From: Haliotis rufescens
Taxonomy: Eukaryota
Length of the DNA: 64,000 nt
Reading direction: 5' to 3'
Assembly: GCF_023055435.1 (NCBI RefSeq)
Contig: NW_025963913.1
Coordinates: 5,580,001-5,644,000 of the forward strand
Made by a program: the position numbers and the translations under genes. The stretch's first letter is position 1, and each line of letters begins with the position of its first letter. The notes beneath the pieces are model-generated. The model saw only the letters and a program-made list of their open reading frames with translations, had not been told where the DNA came from and ran no database searches. Positions 25,917 through 38,587 of this stretch are shown here, one piece after another.

Positions 25917-26343
25917 CTCAAACTATGAACCACAGGTTTACTGCCCCTCATAGAATAGGTCTTCAGCAACCCATGCTTGCCATTAAAGGTGACTGTGCTT
26001 GTCATGAGATCGCAAGAAGCGACTAACAGGATCAGGTGGTCAGACTTGCTGACTGGTTGATGCATGTTATCGTATCCCAATTGTGTGGATTGATGCCTAT
26101 AATATCAATCACTGGATTGTCTCATCCAGCCTCAATTATTTACAGACTGCCATCAGAGAAGCTGGAATATTCCTGAGTGCAGCGTTAAGCAGCAAACAAA
26201 CAAAAATTCCTACAGCTGTGAGGTTGTTATGAGGCTAGGGTGTAAAGCCCTTTTCTTGTGTTTACTTGTCACATGTAAACACCATGCATGTATGTATTAT
26301 CCAGTGATCATGATATGATTGTTTTCAAATATCTTGTGCACAG

Positions 26344-26425
26344 GAAAATACTTGATGAAAGAGACAAAGTGTACAGTCAGATTGCAGAATACCTCCAACT
26401 GAAGACAGTCATTGAAAAAACAAAG
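26344..26425 (+). CDS. UXT: UXT exon 2
   Basis: KILDERDKVYSQIAEYLQLKTVIEKTK; phase 2-0. Confidence 0.93.
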
Positions 26426-26907
26426 GTGACAGTTTAGTCTTTAACAGATTGCATGGCTTGAAAATATTCATTTTAAGTCTGTCAACACAAATTCATACAA
26501 TAATATTGCTATATATCACATAACTGAACACCTGTCAAATGCAGTTTAGCGAACTTGACCATGCATATCCTGGTGTAATGCAAGGGTGACAACACTGAAT
26601 GTGTGTGCATAGGTTGTCTGGTATCTGTCAAGATGTCTGTGAAATGGTTTGCTACCATACTGAAGAAAACATTTGAGATAAACAAGGAAAAATTATGCCG
26701 GTAAGATAAAGCTTTCTGTCAACCGGTCCATGGGGTTATACAATGTGATGTACCCTGTGTGAGAGGCTATGTAGTCCTCGCTGGTACATAGACACACTCT
26801 CAGGGTACATCACCCGATTTACCCCTCAAGACTGGTTGACAACTAATACTATAGTATAGTATTGTGTTTCAGCTTTTATCAAGTTTATAATATTTTCTCA
26901 TCTCCAG

Positions 26908-26975
26908 GATGCTGATGGCGGAGAACTGAAGACACAGGTAGATCTGGGCTGTAACTTTTATGTTCAAGGCAAAGT
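26908..26975 (+). CDS. UXT: UXT exon 3
   Basis: DADGGELKTQVDLGCNFYVQGKV, with the UXT DLGCNF motif; donor gtaagt. Confidence 0.95.
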
Positions 26976-28184
26976 GTAAGTAAAAATGTGTTCACTGTGA
27001 TTGTGGGCAGACAAATATGGGCCCAAGGAACATTTAAAAAAAATGATTTCTGTGCTACAACTATTGTTTTTCAATGTTTGACCTCTACTTTTAACTTGGT
27101 TACATAACATAATTATTTGCAAAACCTGTCAAGTCTTGGGATAAAATAAAAATTAATTTGAAACTTTAGAAACATGTTTGTTAAGTGTGTTTGTAAACAA
27201 ATTGTTGGACAGTTGAAATACAGAAAAATTCAAAAAGTGAAATTTGTAGGAATTAGGAAACATCAAAATATTAACTTGCTTCATGTGTTAATCTTTTTTA
27301 TTTTTGTAAATTGCTGCACTAGAATTAATAAAATTTTACCACAGGTTCAAATAATCTACAGCTGAGGCTATTTATGCACGCAGACCAGGGTTCATTATAA
27401 TGGGGTTGGGGGCGGGTGAGGTGGATGGGGGGCAGGTGGCCCAGTCATCTATGGTGGCTCTGCAAGTCTCATCCCTAGGGCAGAACAGAAACAGTCAGAG
27501 ATCTTCATCAATACAGGCTTTCCTCCCACATCTCACCCAACTCACTCACTCCCACTGTATCAGTGATTTTGGCAGGTACAGATGACTACATATAAATGCT
27601 TTTTCTGTTGACAGCTTCACTTACTGTTTTGGGCCGAATGTCTTTGCAGGCAGTTGTGTACCTGTGATATTACAGACACTAATCACTCTCTGACATTTGA
27701 ACAATAGTGTGACCATCTTCTTAACTAAATGTAAAAGTCCAGTTTCCACCCTTGCTGAACTAGTCTGGAGTTATGGAGTCATATTTTAGCTGAACTAACA
27801 AGTCTATGAATAGTCCAATCAAAATCGCATAACAAAATCGACATAAGGTTCATAAATAGCTGCGCAGATTTCTGTCGATTGCAGGATTTGTAAAGCATGT
27901 GTACCACCAACTCGGCATCAGCAGATATTTTCTTAATCTTTTCATGTTTTTAATGAAGGTGCTCATGTGATTTGATGCATATCACAAGTGATATGAGAGG
28001 TGGAATCTGATTGGTCAATAACAGGGACATAGATGTGATATTGTAATAGCAACTAGTGGTGCTTCGATCAAGCCCAGAAATTCCAGCGTAGTTTGGCAAG
28101 GATGGAAACTGGACTTGTACAGTCATTTAACTCCCTGGCCTCGAGAAGATGTAGTGTGACTGTATTTCCTGTGTGTGTTTGCAG

Positions 28185-28356
28185 ACCCGATACCGCCAGG
28201 ATATGTGTAGCTGTAGGATTTGGCTTCTTCCTGGAGTTCAGCCTGGACGAGGCTCTCAAGTTTATTGATAAGAAGACTGCTGCCCTGACAGACAAAACTG
28301 ATCAACTGTCTAAAGATGCAGCTAAGGTCAAAGCTCACATCAGGCTAGTTCTGGAG
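28185..28356 (+). CDS. UXT: UXT exon 4
   Basis: PDTARICVAVGFGFFLEFSLDEALKFIDKKTAALTDKTDQLSKDAAKVKAHIRLVLE; phase 2-0. Confidence 0.95.
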
Positions 28357-28499
28357 GTGGGTTGGACAGATGCCCACTATCATGGCCACTTGGCACAGTT
28401 CTTACATTGTTTGTTGATACATAGTAATTGTTATATTTCTCATCTTGAAATAAGTAGATCACACCAGTCCTGAAGTATCCAAGCTTGTGATATAATATG

Positions 28500-29160
28500 G
28501 GGCAGGGGGTATAGGAACAGAGTTTGTCTGCCCATCCTCCGTCCATCCGCTTCTCAATAAGGACAAATTTTCTCAAAATCTTTTGAAGTTAGAGCAATGA
28601 ATTTTTACACGCATTTTACTCGTCACGATTTCAAAATTAGTTCGAAAATTGTGTGTTAAATTCAGTTTTGTAGAGTTAAGGACCTTGCTCCAAGCCTTTC
28701 AGCTCAGTGCATACTGTGTGAAGTGGGGACAAGTTTTCTCAGACACTACTAAAATTACATGAATAAAAGTTTGCTTGCCTATCTAAAAGATACTTCTCAA
28801 GGCTGAGTTTGAAAATTGGTGCCATAAATTATTTTTTCCCAGAGTTGCATCCCTTGCTACATGTTCTTAGAATTTGTCCATTCACAGTTACAGCCCTTGA
28901 TCCATATTAATTTACTTTGTGCGTAGTGTTTGCAATGGGGACAGGTTTTCTCAGAAACTACGTAAGTTATATTAATGAAACTTGGCAAGCACATCTAAGA
29001 GATACTTATCAAGACTGAGTTCGGAAATTTGGAGCCATAAAATATTTTTATCAGGGGCTTCTTGTGTGTATTATTTTTACATTTAATCAGATTTTTCTTG
29101 ACATAAAAGCCACCCTTGTGCATATCAATTCTTTAAGTTTTATTGGGACTCTTTTTAGTT
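28500..29160. mobile_element. Probable Helentron-type non-autonomous element with tandem core repeats
   Basis: CCGTCCATCCG microsatellite-like segment followed by about 210-bp degenerate repeats (GGGGACAAGTTTTCTCAG...GAGTTTGAAAATTGG...CCCTTG). Confidence 0.5.
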
Positions 29161-29624
29161 AAAGTTAACATTAAACTCCATATTATTCACTCCTGAATGA
29201 ACAAACAAAGTTCTAATGTGCCCAGTGGCTTTGTTTTCTTGTTTTAAATGACTTTAGGCTAAAAGGAAGAGACAGCCTAGGTTTCTGATATACATTAATT
29301 AATACCAGTGTCCACTACTACTGATATCCTTTTGGCATTTCCTGGTTAGAGCAGGTGCCCAGCAAGCTTAGTTTGTTGTATGAGGTGACGATATAGACGG
29401 TCAGGCTCAGTGACTTGCTGGTATGTGTGTCATTGGTCTCAGATAGCATTGGTCAAAATGTCAATCACTGGCTTATCTGATCCAAGTTATTTCCATATGG
29501 CTGGAATATTGGTGAGTGTGGCGTTAATCAACACAGATGTTACATCAATCAGCCACAAGTTGGCAACAATACTTGGGTGTTAGCCAGTGTCAAGTGGCCA
29601 CAAAGCCTTCTTTTTTGTTTTACT

Positions 29625-29875
29625 TTGTTTGTTTGTTGTTTAACGCCACACTCAGAAATATTCCAGTTATATGATGGCTGTAAATAATGACCAGACAATT
29701 CAGTGACTGACATCATGAGCATCGATCTACGCATTTGGGATACGATGAAATGCATCAACCAAGTCAGCGAGCCTGACCACCGAATCCCATTAGTCGCCTC
29801 TTATTACAAGCATAGTCACCTTTTACGGCAAGCATGGGTTGCTGCTGACCTAATCTAACCTGGATCTTCACAGAT
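29625..29875 (-). mobile_element. SINE family B copy
   Basis: Homology; more copies near 537-695, 1015-1203, 17475-17713, 25950-26203, 33150-33347 and 39579-39820. Confidence 0.82.
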
Positions 29876-30149
29876 CTTTTTGTATTGTTGGTTTATGAAA
29901 TGCTTGATCTAAAATTTAAGTTCCAAATTAACTTTAAGTATCAGCTGGTTTCATTGAGTTTTGTAAACCAACAAGTAGAAATATAAGGCCTAATCTGGGT
30001 TTAGGACCCCATTACACAAAGCGATCTCGACTATCGTAAAATCTATGTTAAAGTATCGGAGTTATGATCACCTCTTGCTAGGGTAGCTTTGCGATAGCTT
30101 TAAAATTATTCAGTTCATACTGTTGACAATCTTAAGTGTTCATTTTAAG

Positions 30150-30215
30150 GGCTTGAGAGAGGTACAGCTGATCAGTGATAAACCTGATGTGGAATACCGT
30201 GACCCCCAGGCCTGA
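30150..30215 (+). CDS. UXT: UXT exon 5 (terminal)
   Basis: GLREVQLISDKPDVEYRDPQA*; matches the UXT GLRELQ C-terminus; total CDS 459 nt; candidate AATAAA at 31110-31115. Confidence 0.88.
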   Translation, partial: GLREVQLISDKPDVEYRDPQA

Positions 30216-30289
30216 TGGAGCACACAGTGAGATGAGGGGTGGGATGCTGACAGTGCTGATGGAGCACATCATCCTTGGCCTAACCTCTG

Positions 30290-30645
30290 ATCCCCTAGCC
30301 TGATGGAACCTGATAGAAGTCACCCTCCTGCCCTGATGCAAAGTCACCCTCCTGCCCTGATGGAACTCACCCTGATCCTTCTGCCCCGAAAAAACTCAAC
30401 CTGACCCTCCTGCCCCGAAAGAACTCAGCCTGACCCTTCTGCCCTGAAAGAACTCAGCCTGACCCTTCTGCCCTGAAAGAACTCAGCCTGACCCTTCTGC
30501 CCTGAAAGAACTCAGCCTGACCCTTCTGCCCTGAAAGAACTCAGCCTGAGCCTTCTGCCCTGATGGAACTCACCCTGCCCATATGGAACTCACCATGATA
30601 CTCCTGCCCCGATGGATCTCACCCTGACCATCCTACCCTGATGGA
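30290..30645. repeat. 29-bp minisatellite in the probable UXT 3'UTR
   Basis: Unit CCTGAAAGAACTCAGCCTGACCCTTCTGC with TGATGG variants. Confidence 0.9.
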
Positions 30646-30952
30646 TCAGGCCTGTGTTGAAGCGAGCCATTGTTTATCAGGTTTGTGTTGAAGTGAGCCA
30701 TTGTTTTTCAGGCATGTGGTGAAGTGATCCATTGTTTATCAGGCCTGTGTTGAAGTGAGCCATTGTTTATCAGGCCTGTGTTGAAGTGAGCCATTGTTTA
30801 TCAGGCCTGAGGTGAAGGACACCATTGTTTATCAGGCCTGTGGTGAAGTGAGCCATTGTTTATCAGGCCTGTGGTGAAGTGAGCCATTGTTTATCAGGCC
30901 TGTTGTTGAAATAAGCCACTGTGGTGTGTATCATTGTTTATCAGGCCTGTTT
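30645..30952. repeat. 31-bp minisatellite in the probable UXT 3'UTR
   Basis: Unit ATCAGGCCTGTGGTGAAGTGAGCCATTGTTT. Confidence 0.92.
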
Positions 30953-33639
30953 AACTGTTTATACAGAGATACGATTTTCACCCAAGATACTTCAAGAGTA
31001 CTCTCAAACTCAAAACATGGAATGAACTTGGGCATATTTACAGATCCATGGTTTAGAAATGAGACGGAGTATTGTGAAATAGACACATTGTATATATACT
31101 ATTCATGACAATAAAACACATCATCATAAACTATAAAGTGGACAATATCATTTGCCAGATCATTCAGGTGGAGGGACTGTCAGATTTGATTTACCAGCTC
31201 TGCTCTTCAAATGGGGGTCAAAGGATATCAAACACCTTGAATAGCTGACATATTTCTGATGCCGACGCTGAGGATATTTAATGTAAGATTAAAGGACAAC
31301 TTAATTCTTGTGTATGACTACTAAAGATTTGATAATTAGGAGGTAATTTCTGTTCAGATTTGTAGGTGTTATTGAGTATATGATGCCTGGAAATTTGGAG
31401 CCAAATGCTTAATTTTTTTAATTTGTGAAGGCGAAGATAAAGATACTTATATTCAGTAAAAAGTCCTGGTTTCTGTGTTCCACTCCCATTTAGATTGCAT
31501 CACACGCTCCCAGCAAGGTTAGTTACAACGAGGATGCAGTCGGAAAGCAAATATGGACGTCATGGACACATATTGTACCTACATTCTATTCCAAATTTGA
31601 TGTGTACATTTGTCGTGTCATGCTCTATATCTGCAGGGCTCTTGAAATCGCGAGAACCACGGAAATGGATCCAGGGGTTAGTGTAGGTTTACCGAAATGC
31701 TTGCCCTGGATGTTGTCACTTGTGCTGTGATGGGTAGATGGCTAAGGTTGTCGTGGATACACATATCTGCGACTTGTGATTGAAAGTAACTGCTTTGAAC
31801 ACAAACTGTTAACTATTAATTTCAACAAGCTCATTTCACATGTTAAGTACCCTAGTCTGGTCTCACCATCAAAAGAACGGGTCTTTGAAAACTACACAGT
31901 GACACACTGTAATAGACACTCAACACATGCAAAAGACCAACATTTATACTGCAGTTGTGGAACACTTTTATTTCGTTACATTATACAGTGACCTGATAGC
32001 GCACCCACACAAACTGATTGCAAGTACCATTGGAAAGGAGAGAAATTGGAAGTGACATGCTGGCCCTGTTGCATGTAATTGATGCGATACACATGTGAAC
32101 ATTGACTAAGACTTTGATATATTTTAACAATATTTTCCATGCAAAACACATGCCATAGAGAACGCCATTTATCATCCAAAGCTGGCTCCAACAGGAGGTA
32201 CTGCTGCACTGACATTGCTTCACAGTGCTTACCATTGTGACATCATCGGTTACCATGACATCACTATCAAATGACATCACTAATGGCTCTGCTACTGAAG
32301 CTGGTTAGCAGTACATTTTACACTTCAGACATGCTTTTAACTGTCTACAAACTAAAAAAGTTTGAAGAATGATTTTGGATGAAAAAATAGAATCTCACCA
32401 GAGTGTCTTTTGATATCAAACATATCAACAATCATTGATAAAAGTTTAAATCTCCTTGGCTTGGTGGGCCCAGTCGTCTAAGGCGCCGCGATTCACTGTG
32501 CAGAGTTGCGGCCCTTGGGCACGCCAGAAACCTATGATTGTGGGTTCGAATCTCGGTACGCCCCGATCATGTTTCTAGGTTTTGTCAGCACCATACCCGT
32601 GCTCGTGGGTTTCACCAAAGTGGTAAACGTCTGAGACCTGCATCACTTCGGGCTTGCAAACATAATAGCTTGTGTCAGTCAAAATATATATGTGTAGATC
32701 AAGTTTTGTTCATATCATTTTGGGCATAATTTATTTCATTTTTGGTCGGTGTTGTGAGAAAATAAAAATGCTTATGGACAGATAAATACCAAAAAAATGA
32801 TGCTAATTTTATTACCTTTTCACTCCAGTCAGTCAAATATGTAATTCCTGACTCAGAAGTCTGTTATTCAGTGATAGTGTTTACCATGCTGACTTGTATA
32901 TGTACTTGGCTGAAACCTCCATGTGCCAACGTAATAAACTGCAACTAGTGGTGTTTGCAAGTACTTTCACAATCAGAAGTAGCCTTCAGTCTTAACTTAT
33001 AACTTCCAGTTGGGCAAACACATGCTAACTACAGAAAAAGCTTAAACTTGAAAGTACCATGTCTATGGATAGGGAACTGGGGATTCTGGGTTTGAATAGG
33101 GATCCCCTGCAATTTATGCTTGTCCACCCCATGGGGATTCTGGGCTGGAATATAGGTCCCCATGCTTGTCATGAGAGATAACTAAATGGACCAGGTGGAT
33201 CCTTGGTTGTCCTGGTATCCCAATTGTGTTGAGTGATGTTCATGATGTCAATCATTGGATTGTCTGGTCTAGACTTGATTCTTTACAGACTGCTGTCATA
33301 TAGCTGGAACATTGCTGAGTGCAGCGTTCAACAACAAACCAACCAAACGCCCAACTAGGCTAATAAGAAACCCAAATAAACTTATGATGTAATGTGAATA
33401 CTTCAGGAGGCCTAGTACAGTACAGAATGCTCAGTGCTTTATAAGAAAGACATATGCTTTATAATCTGGCGATGTCACATCTGAATTTGGCAACATGGTT
33501 AGTGTAGCATGTATTGTGAAAGGAACAAATACCAGTATGACATCATCTAACATCAACTAAGGTGCAACAGTGACTGGCAATGAATGACACAACCACTCCA
33601 CAATGACCTCAAAGATGACTGACATTTGATGAGGGATTC

Positions 33640-33674
<35 letters not shown>

Positions 33675-33856
33675 AGTCATCAGGGCTGTAGAGGTAAATG
33701 TGCCTCGGAATGAGGATGAAAAAGAGTAACCTTGACCTGTGACTAATCTTGGCTGAAAGTTTTTCAAAGAAGGGACCCATTCTAGTGAAGACATGTTCTT
33801 TGTTTAATGATAAAAGTACCTGCCGTGATATTGCTTGAAAGTTGATAAAAGTAGCG

Positions 33857-34297
33857 TAAAGCCAAATGGATCCGTTCACGTGGTTCTTGCAATCTCAAAT
33901 TAACCGCCCCTGATTTCCATAAATCACTTTGATTTACTGTGCTACTCAGTCTAACGGACCAATCAGAATGCGAGTTACAAAACAGCCTCAAAATTTGGAT
34001 CAGCAATATCAACAACATGGCGACCAGTACCACTGATTATGATAGAGCATGCAAGAAATCCAACATTGAAAAGCTGACTGACATGAGAAAGAAAGCCCTA
34101 AATAATGTTTTTGATGGAAAGGATCTCTTCATGTCTATTAACACTGATGGTGGCAAGTCCCTTTGCTTCCAAGCATTCCCTGCAATCTGCCTATTTCCTT
34201 ATTCCTTATCTCCACATTTGATTGGTCGGTAAAATGTTAATGAAAATGAAGGAGGGTAAATTGAGATTGCGAGAACATGGAATGGATCCAGGGCTTA
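33857..34297 (+). mobile_element. Inverted-repeat-bounded relic carrying a RecQ-like helicase fragment (Academ-like?)
   Basis: About 40-bp imperfect inverted repeats (TGGATCC...TTCTTGCAATCTCAAATT); ORF 33939-34232 contains KALNNVFDGKDLFMSINTDGGKSLCFQAFP, a degenerate RecQ motif I. Confidence 0.6.
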
Positions 34298-34349
34298 GTA
34301 TAGGCTTGCTGAATTGCGAGCCCTGGAGATGTTGAGGATGATATAGTCA

Positions 34350-35078
34350 CAGTTGTGCCATGACTGTCAGTAGTGATAATCTAGCTGTACCAGACGTTGA
34401 TCAGTCAAACTGGAGACCAAGGGAAGATGTGCCATTAGCTGTCAGTAGTGATATTCTAGGTGTAGCAGACGTTGATCAGTCAAACTGGAGACCAAGGGAA
34501 GACGTGCCATTAACTGTCAGTAGTGATATTCTAGCTGTAGCAGATGTGGATCAGTCAAACTGGAGACCAAGGGAAGATGTGCCATTAACTGTCAGTAGTA
34601 ATATTCTAGCTGTAGCAGACGTGGATCAGTCAAACTGGAGACCAAGGAAAGATAACCAGTTGTGCCATTATTTTCAGTAGTGATATTCTAGCTGTAGCAG
34701 ACGTGGATAAGTCCAACTGGAGAACAAGGGAAGATAACCAGATGTGCCATGAACCGCCAGTAGTGATATTCTAGCTGTAGCAGACGTGGATCAGTCAAAC
34801 TTGAGTCCAAGGGAAGATAACCAGATGTGCCATTAACTGTCAGTAGTGATATTCTAGCTGTAGCAGACGTGGATTAGTCAAACTTGAGTCCAAGGGAAGA
34901 TAACCAGTTGTGCCATGAACCGCCAGTAGTGATATTCTAGCTGTAGAAGACGTGGATCAGTCAAACTTGAGACCAAGGGAAGATAACCAGTTGTGCCATG
35001 AACCGCCAGTAGTGATATTCTAGCTGTAGCAGACGTGGATCAGTCAAACTTGAGACCAAGGGAAGATAACCAGTTGTG
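34350..35078. repeat. 75/83-bp minisatellite (about 9 copies) overlapping the FAM185A stop codon
   Basis: Unit TCAGTCAAACTTGAGACCAAGGGAAGATAACCAGTTGTGCCATGAACCGCCAGTAGTGATATTCTAGCTGTAGCAGACGTGGA. Confidence 0.94.
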
Positions 35079-35149
35079 ACAAGTGATCCTGACTGCTCCT
35101 TTCCTTGTGTGTGCACATATCTCCCCTCCCCCTTGGCTGGTGAGAAAAC
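35040..35149 (-). CDS. FAM185A: FAM185A exon 7 (terminal)
   Basis: GFLTSQGGGEICAHTRKGAVRITCHNWLSSLGLKFD*; resembles the FAM185A C-terminal W-x-x-S-L motif; total CDS 1272 nt. Confidence 0.88.
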
Positions 35150-35736
35150 CTGAAACAGAAATTGTTTCAGTTATTACAAACGAAGATCTCAGAGAGGCTC
35201 TTGTCTGATGGAGTTCGTCACTGGGTCCATCTGTAATACAAGTATATCCCAACAATGTTGTCCTACAATACCCTTTACACAACAACCATTCAAACTGCAT
35301 GGATCTTAAAATGCACACACATAACATCACTGTTTGGCTGTGCTCAAAGACAGATCCAGGACTCGTAATTGTACACTTTTAGGATGAAAAGTGACAGGCC
35401 TCGCCCTGTTATCCTCATTACTGTGCTTTAAAAGTCACTCATCCTCTCACACATTAAATCATTAAATATGGTATGAAGGTTAAGCTGAAATTAGGCTGAA
35501 ATAAAATGTTTGTTCTGACTTGAACTATTTTTTTTTTGCTCAGTTGGTTTTTTCTGCTCAACTTACTTTTCACTTTACAAAGAAACACAGTCAAGACAAT
35601 GACAAGCTCATGGTGTTGGCTGCAAATGCTTTAACATACAATCATACCCAAGGACCTGAGAGTTTGATGAGGGTCATGTTTGCACAAATATACAACCATT
35701 ATCTGATGTACAGATACAACACATCTTCCTGCTGAC

Positions 35737-35868
35737 CTTCATGTTTGGTTTGACCTTCGTGAGATGATGTCGTGTGGTCAAACTTGATGTCATCATCAAC
35801 AGCCATGGAATCAGCTATGACTCTCATTTCGGATTCTAGGTCTTTTCTGCATTTCAGACTGATGTCAC
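35737..35868 (-). CDS. FAM185A: FAM185A exon 6
   Basis: GDISLKCRKDLESEMRVIADSMAVDDDIKFDHTTSSHEGQTKHE; phase 1-1; donor gtcagc is less certain. Confidence 0.8.
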
Positions 35869-36756
35869 CTGCAAATACACACAACACATGTACAGAGAAT
35901 ACTAAACATTGCTAAATGAGCTCCCTTGTAATACCTATTCACTCGTTTCATGAAACTGGTATCACAAGGGAGCTTGTTTAGTATTTTAATTATTACCTGC
36001 TGTTTATAACTTTTCAAAATGTCATTTGATCAAACTATGGGAATTCCCATTATAAACTAGGTCAAAGATATGAATACAACATTTCACTGTCAAGTGTAAA
36101 TAAGCAGACATCGATGTGATCCACAACACAATCCAACTGAGTTTAACAGAATAATACAGATCAAATACATTAAAAGCTGACACATATAACTTTAATACCA
36201 TACAACTGCCATACTTTAGAACTCGGCACCAAAACGTTTATAAACATGTCACAATGTCATAGGACATGATATGCAAAAATGTTGTTGCAAGATACATTGG
36301 CGAAGTAATGCCCTGTGACCTCAGCCGAGCAACAGGGTTGTGGGGGTCATTGTGTGTTCATAAGCTCCTCCCAGTGATCTTATCAACCCCACACATTGTC
36401 ATTGTCAATGTCATTGAATAAGCCCAGCGATGTTGAGAGATTAAACACTGTGTAATGTATGAGGTAGACAACTGGGGTAGGGTATTCACATTGTCAGACC
36501 AGTCCCTTAAGTACTGGTAATAATGGGAGATGACCAAAATTGGTATTGTGTGGCCAGAATGGCAGCTGAGAATGAATATAGCTAACTTGGATCAGTAACC
36601 ATTGGTTAATGTGTTTTGTTTGTTCAGCTGTGACCGGTGTCATCCTGTTTATATAAATGCTCACACTATCAACCACTAGTTTGCATGGTTCACGTCTCTG
36701 TAGCGTGACACCACTGTGATGCCGCTACAGACGATGCCCAGCCACTGAAGACTCAC

Positions 36757-36852
36757 CTGCACCACAAGACACATCTACTTTGTCGTGTCGCTCTATGAAG
36801 ACATCAATATTGCCATTGTCAATTGCAGCAGTCAAATCTCCATTTAAAGTAT
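36757..36852 (-). CDS. FAM185A: FAM185A exon 5
   Basis: DTLNGDLTAAIDNGNIDVFIERHDKVDVSCGA; donor gtgagt; phase 1-1. Confidence 0.9.
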
Positions 36853-37657
36853 CTGAAGGCAATGTTTTAAAGGATGTCAGAAAACATGTTTTATGATAAT
36901 AGAATTCATCAATATTAAAATTCTTAAGGATGTCCACAATGTGTATTAACTTTTTTCCACTATGTATTTCTAAAATCTTTATCAAATAATGTAACTGTCC
37001 AAATGAAAAAAAGAGAATGGGGTTAGCATGCATTCTATTGTTAGGATTGTGTCAGGCACACTTGTTCACTACCATGTCAAACTCACACTTTATTATATAC
37101 ATGTAGCGAAAATCATTCATCGCGATCCTAGTTTCACATATTTTAAATACACGAATGTATAATAAGAATTAATTTTTGGAATATTATAACCAGATGTGGA
37201 TATTAAAATCTCTCTCTCTCTCTCCATGTGACTTTTAATCAACAATTCTTGATGTCATTGTTTCAAATTGGCAATAGATTGATTTCAATTATGCAGCTTA
37301 AATACACAACAGTTCCAGTTCCAGTTGACATCCTTATGACCAAAATGTGGACATTTCAATGATTATATGCAATAAACCAACATATTACTCATTGCAGTTT
37401 ATATATTACACACATATATGTATGTATTAATAGTGACTGGTTTCAGGTCAGCTTCCCAAAGTCATACTGGATCTACTACTTCAAACAGACTGCATTTTCT
37501 TCAGCTGATTTTGAAACTCAAGGGAGATAACTCAGACCATACAACAGTCATCACTGTTCTGCTGGATGGGTCTGTGTGGTCTGTGTTGTCCTAGGACGTC
37601 CTATCACAGGGTGGAGCTGCAAGGTTCAGAGTAGGTTTAAGATGTACCAGTACACAC

Positions 37658-37838
37658 CTACAGTGAGGCTCCCAGTGTCAATTTTTACATCAGTATTTCC
37701 ATGGCAAGAACCAAGATGTACATCACCATGGCAACTGAAGAAGTGACTCTTGTCTGCATAGATGGCCCCTATATGTAAGTCTCCCGCATCTGTGATACAC
37801 TCTACAGTTGAACCCTGGAAGCGTTTCCCCTTGATATA
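37658..37838 (-). CDS. FAM185A: FAM185A exon 4
   Basis: YIKGKRFQGSTVECITDAGDLHIGAIYADKSHFFSCHGDVHLGSCHGNTDVKIDTGSLTV; beta-strand repeats of DUF4097 type; phase 0-1. Confidence 0.9.
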
Positions 37839-38587
37839 CTGAAAGGAAGAGTGTTCAGTGAGTGAGAAACTCTTATTAAGTTTACAGATTCGAACAAACG
37901 AAAAAACACAATCAGAAAACAGAAATAGTTTCAATTTATTTTTTATTTAGCTGACCACTCAATCTTTGATGGAAGACAACAAAAAAAGTCAGCCACTAAA
38001 ACCTAATTGTGAGCTTTTTAAATCATGAATGACACATTCTCAGCTACTAGGAACACAATATAAGTTCTTCTCTGCAACATTAATACATATATATATTATC
38101 GTAAAAGCATTAAACATGTTGCACTAACAGATTTACCATTTGATGGTGGACAAGGTGGGTATGTTTGATGTAGCCTTGATGTTGGACAAGTTCTTAGATG
38201 CGGCCTTGAACATTATTTCAGTTCTGTCAGTTTAATGTGGAAAGAGAGCCAACAGTAATGGAGGCTAAACTCTGGAACCTGGCACAGTGTTGCCACCAAA
38301 CTAACTTAAGTCAAGGGATTCTTGTCATAACTCTAAATTTTAAAGTAAAAAAAAGAGAGTGTGGACATAGGTCCATGTATCAAACCTGGGATTTGACCCC
38401 ATGACCAGTGGCCCTGAAGCTGAAGATGAAGCTCAATGAGCCAGACATGCCAGATACCCCATTTGTGTTTTGAAAAAATTGATTTGAAATAAGAATACAG
38501 TAGAGACTTTATCAAATATTAATTATTACTCAAAGCACTGAAATGACACAACATGAAAAGTTTGTTGCCATGGAGACATCAATTTAC

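Noticed and set aside
34350-35078. CRISPR-like regular repeats (also 57001-58292)
   Set aside because: Head-to-tail units without unique spacers, no cas genes, and a eukaryotic context.
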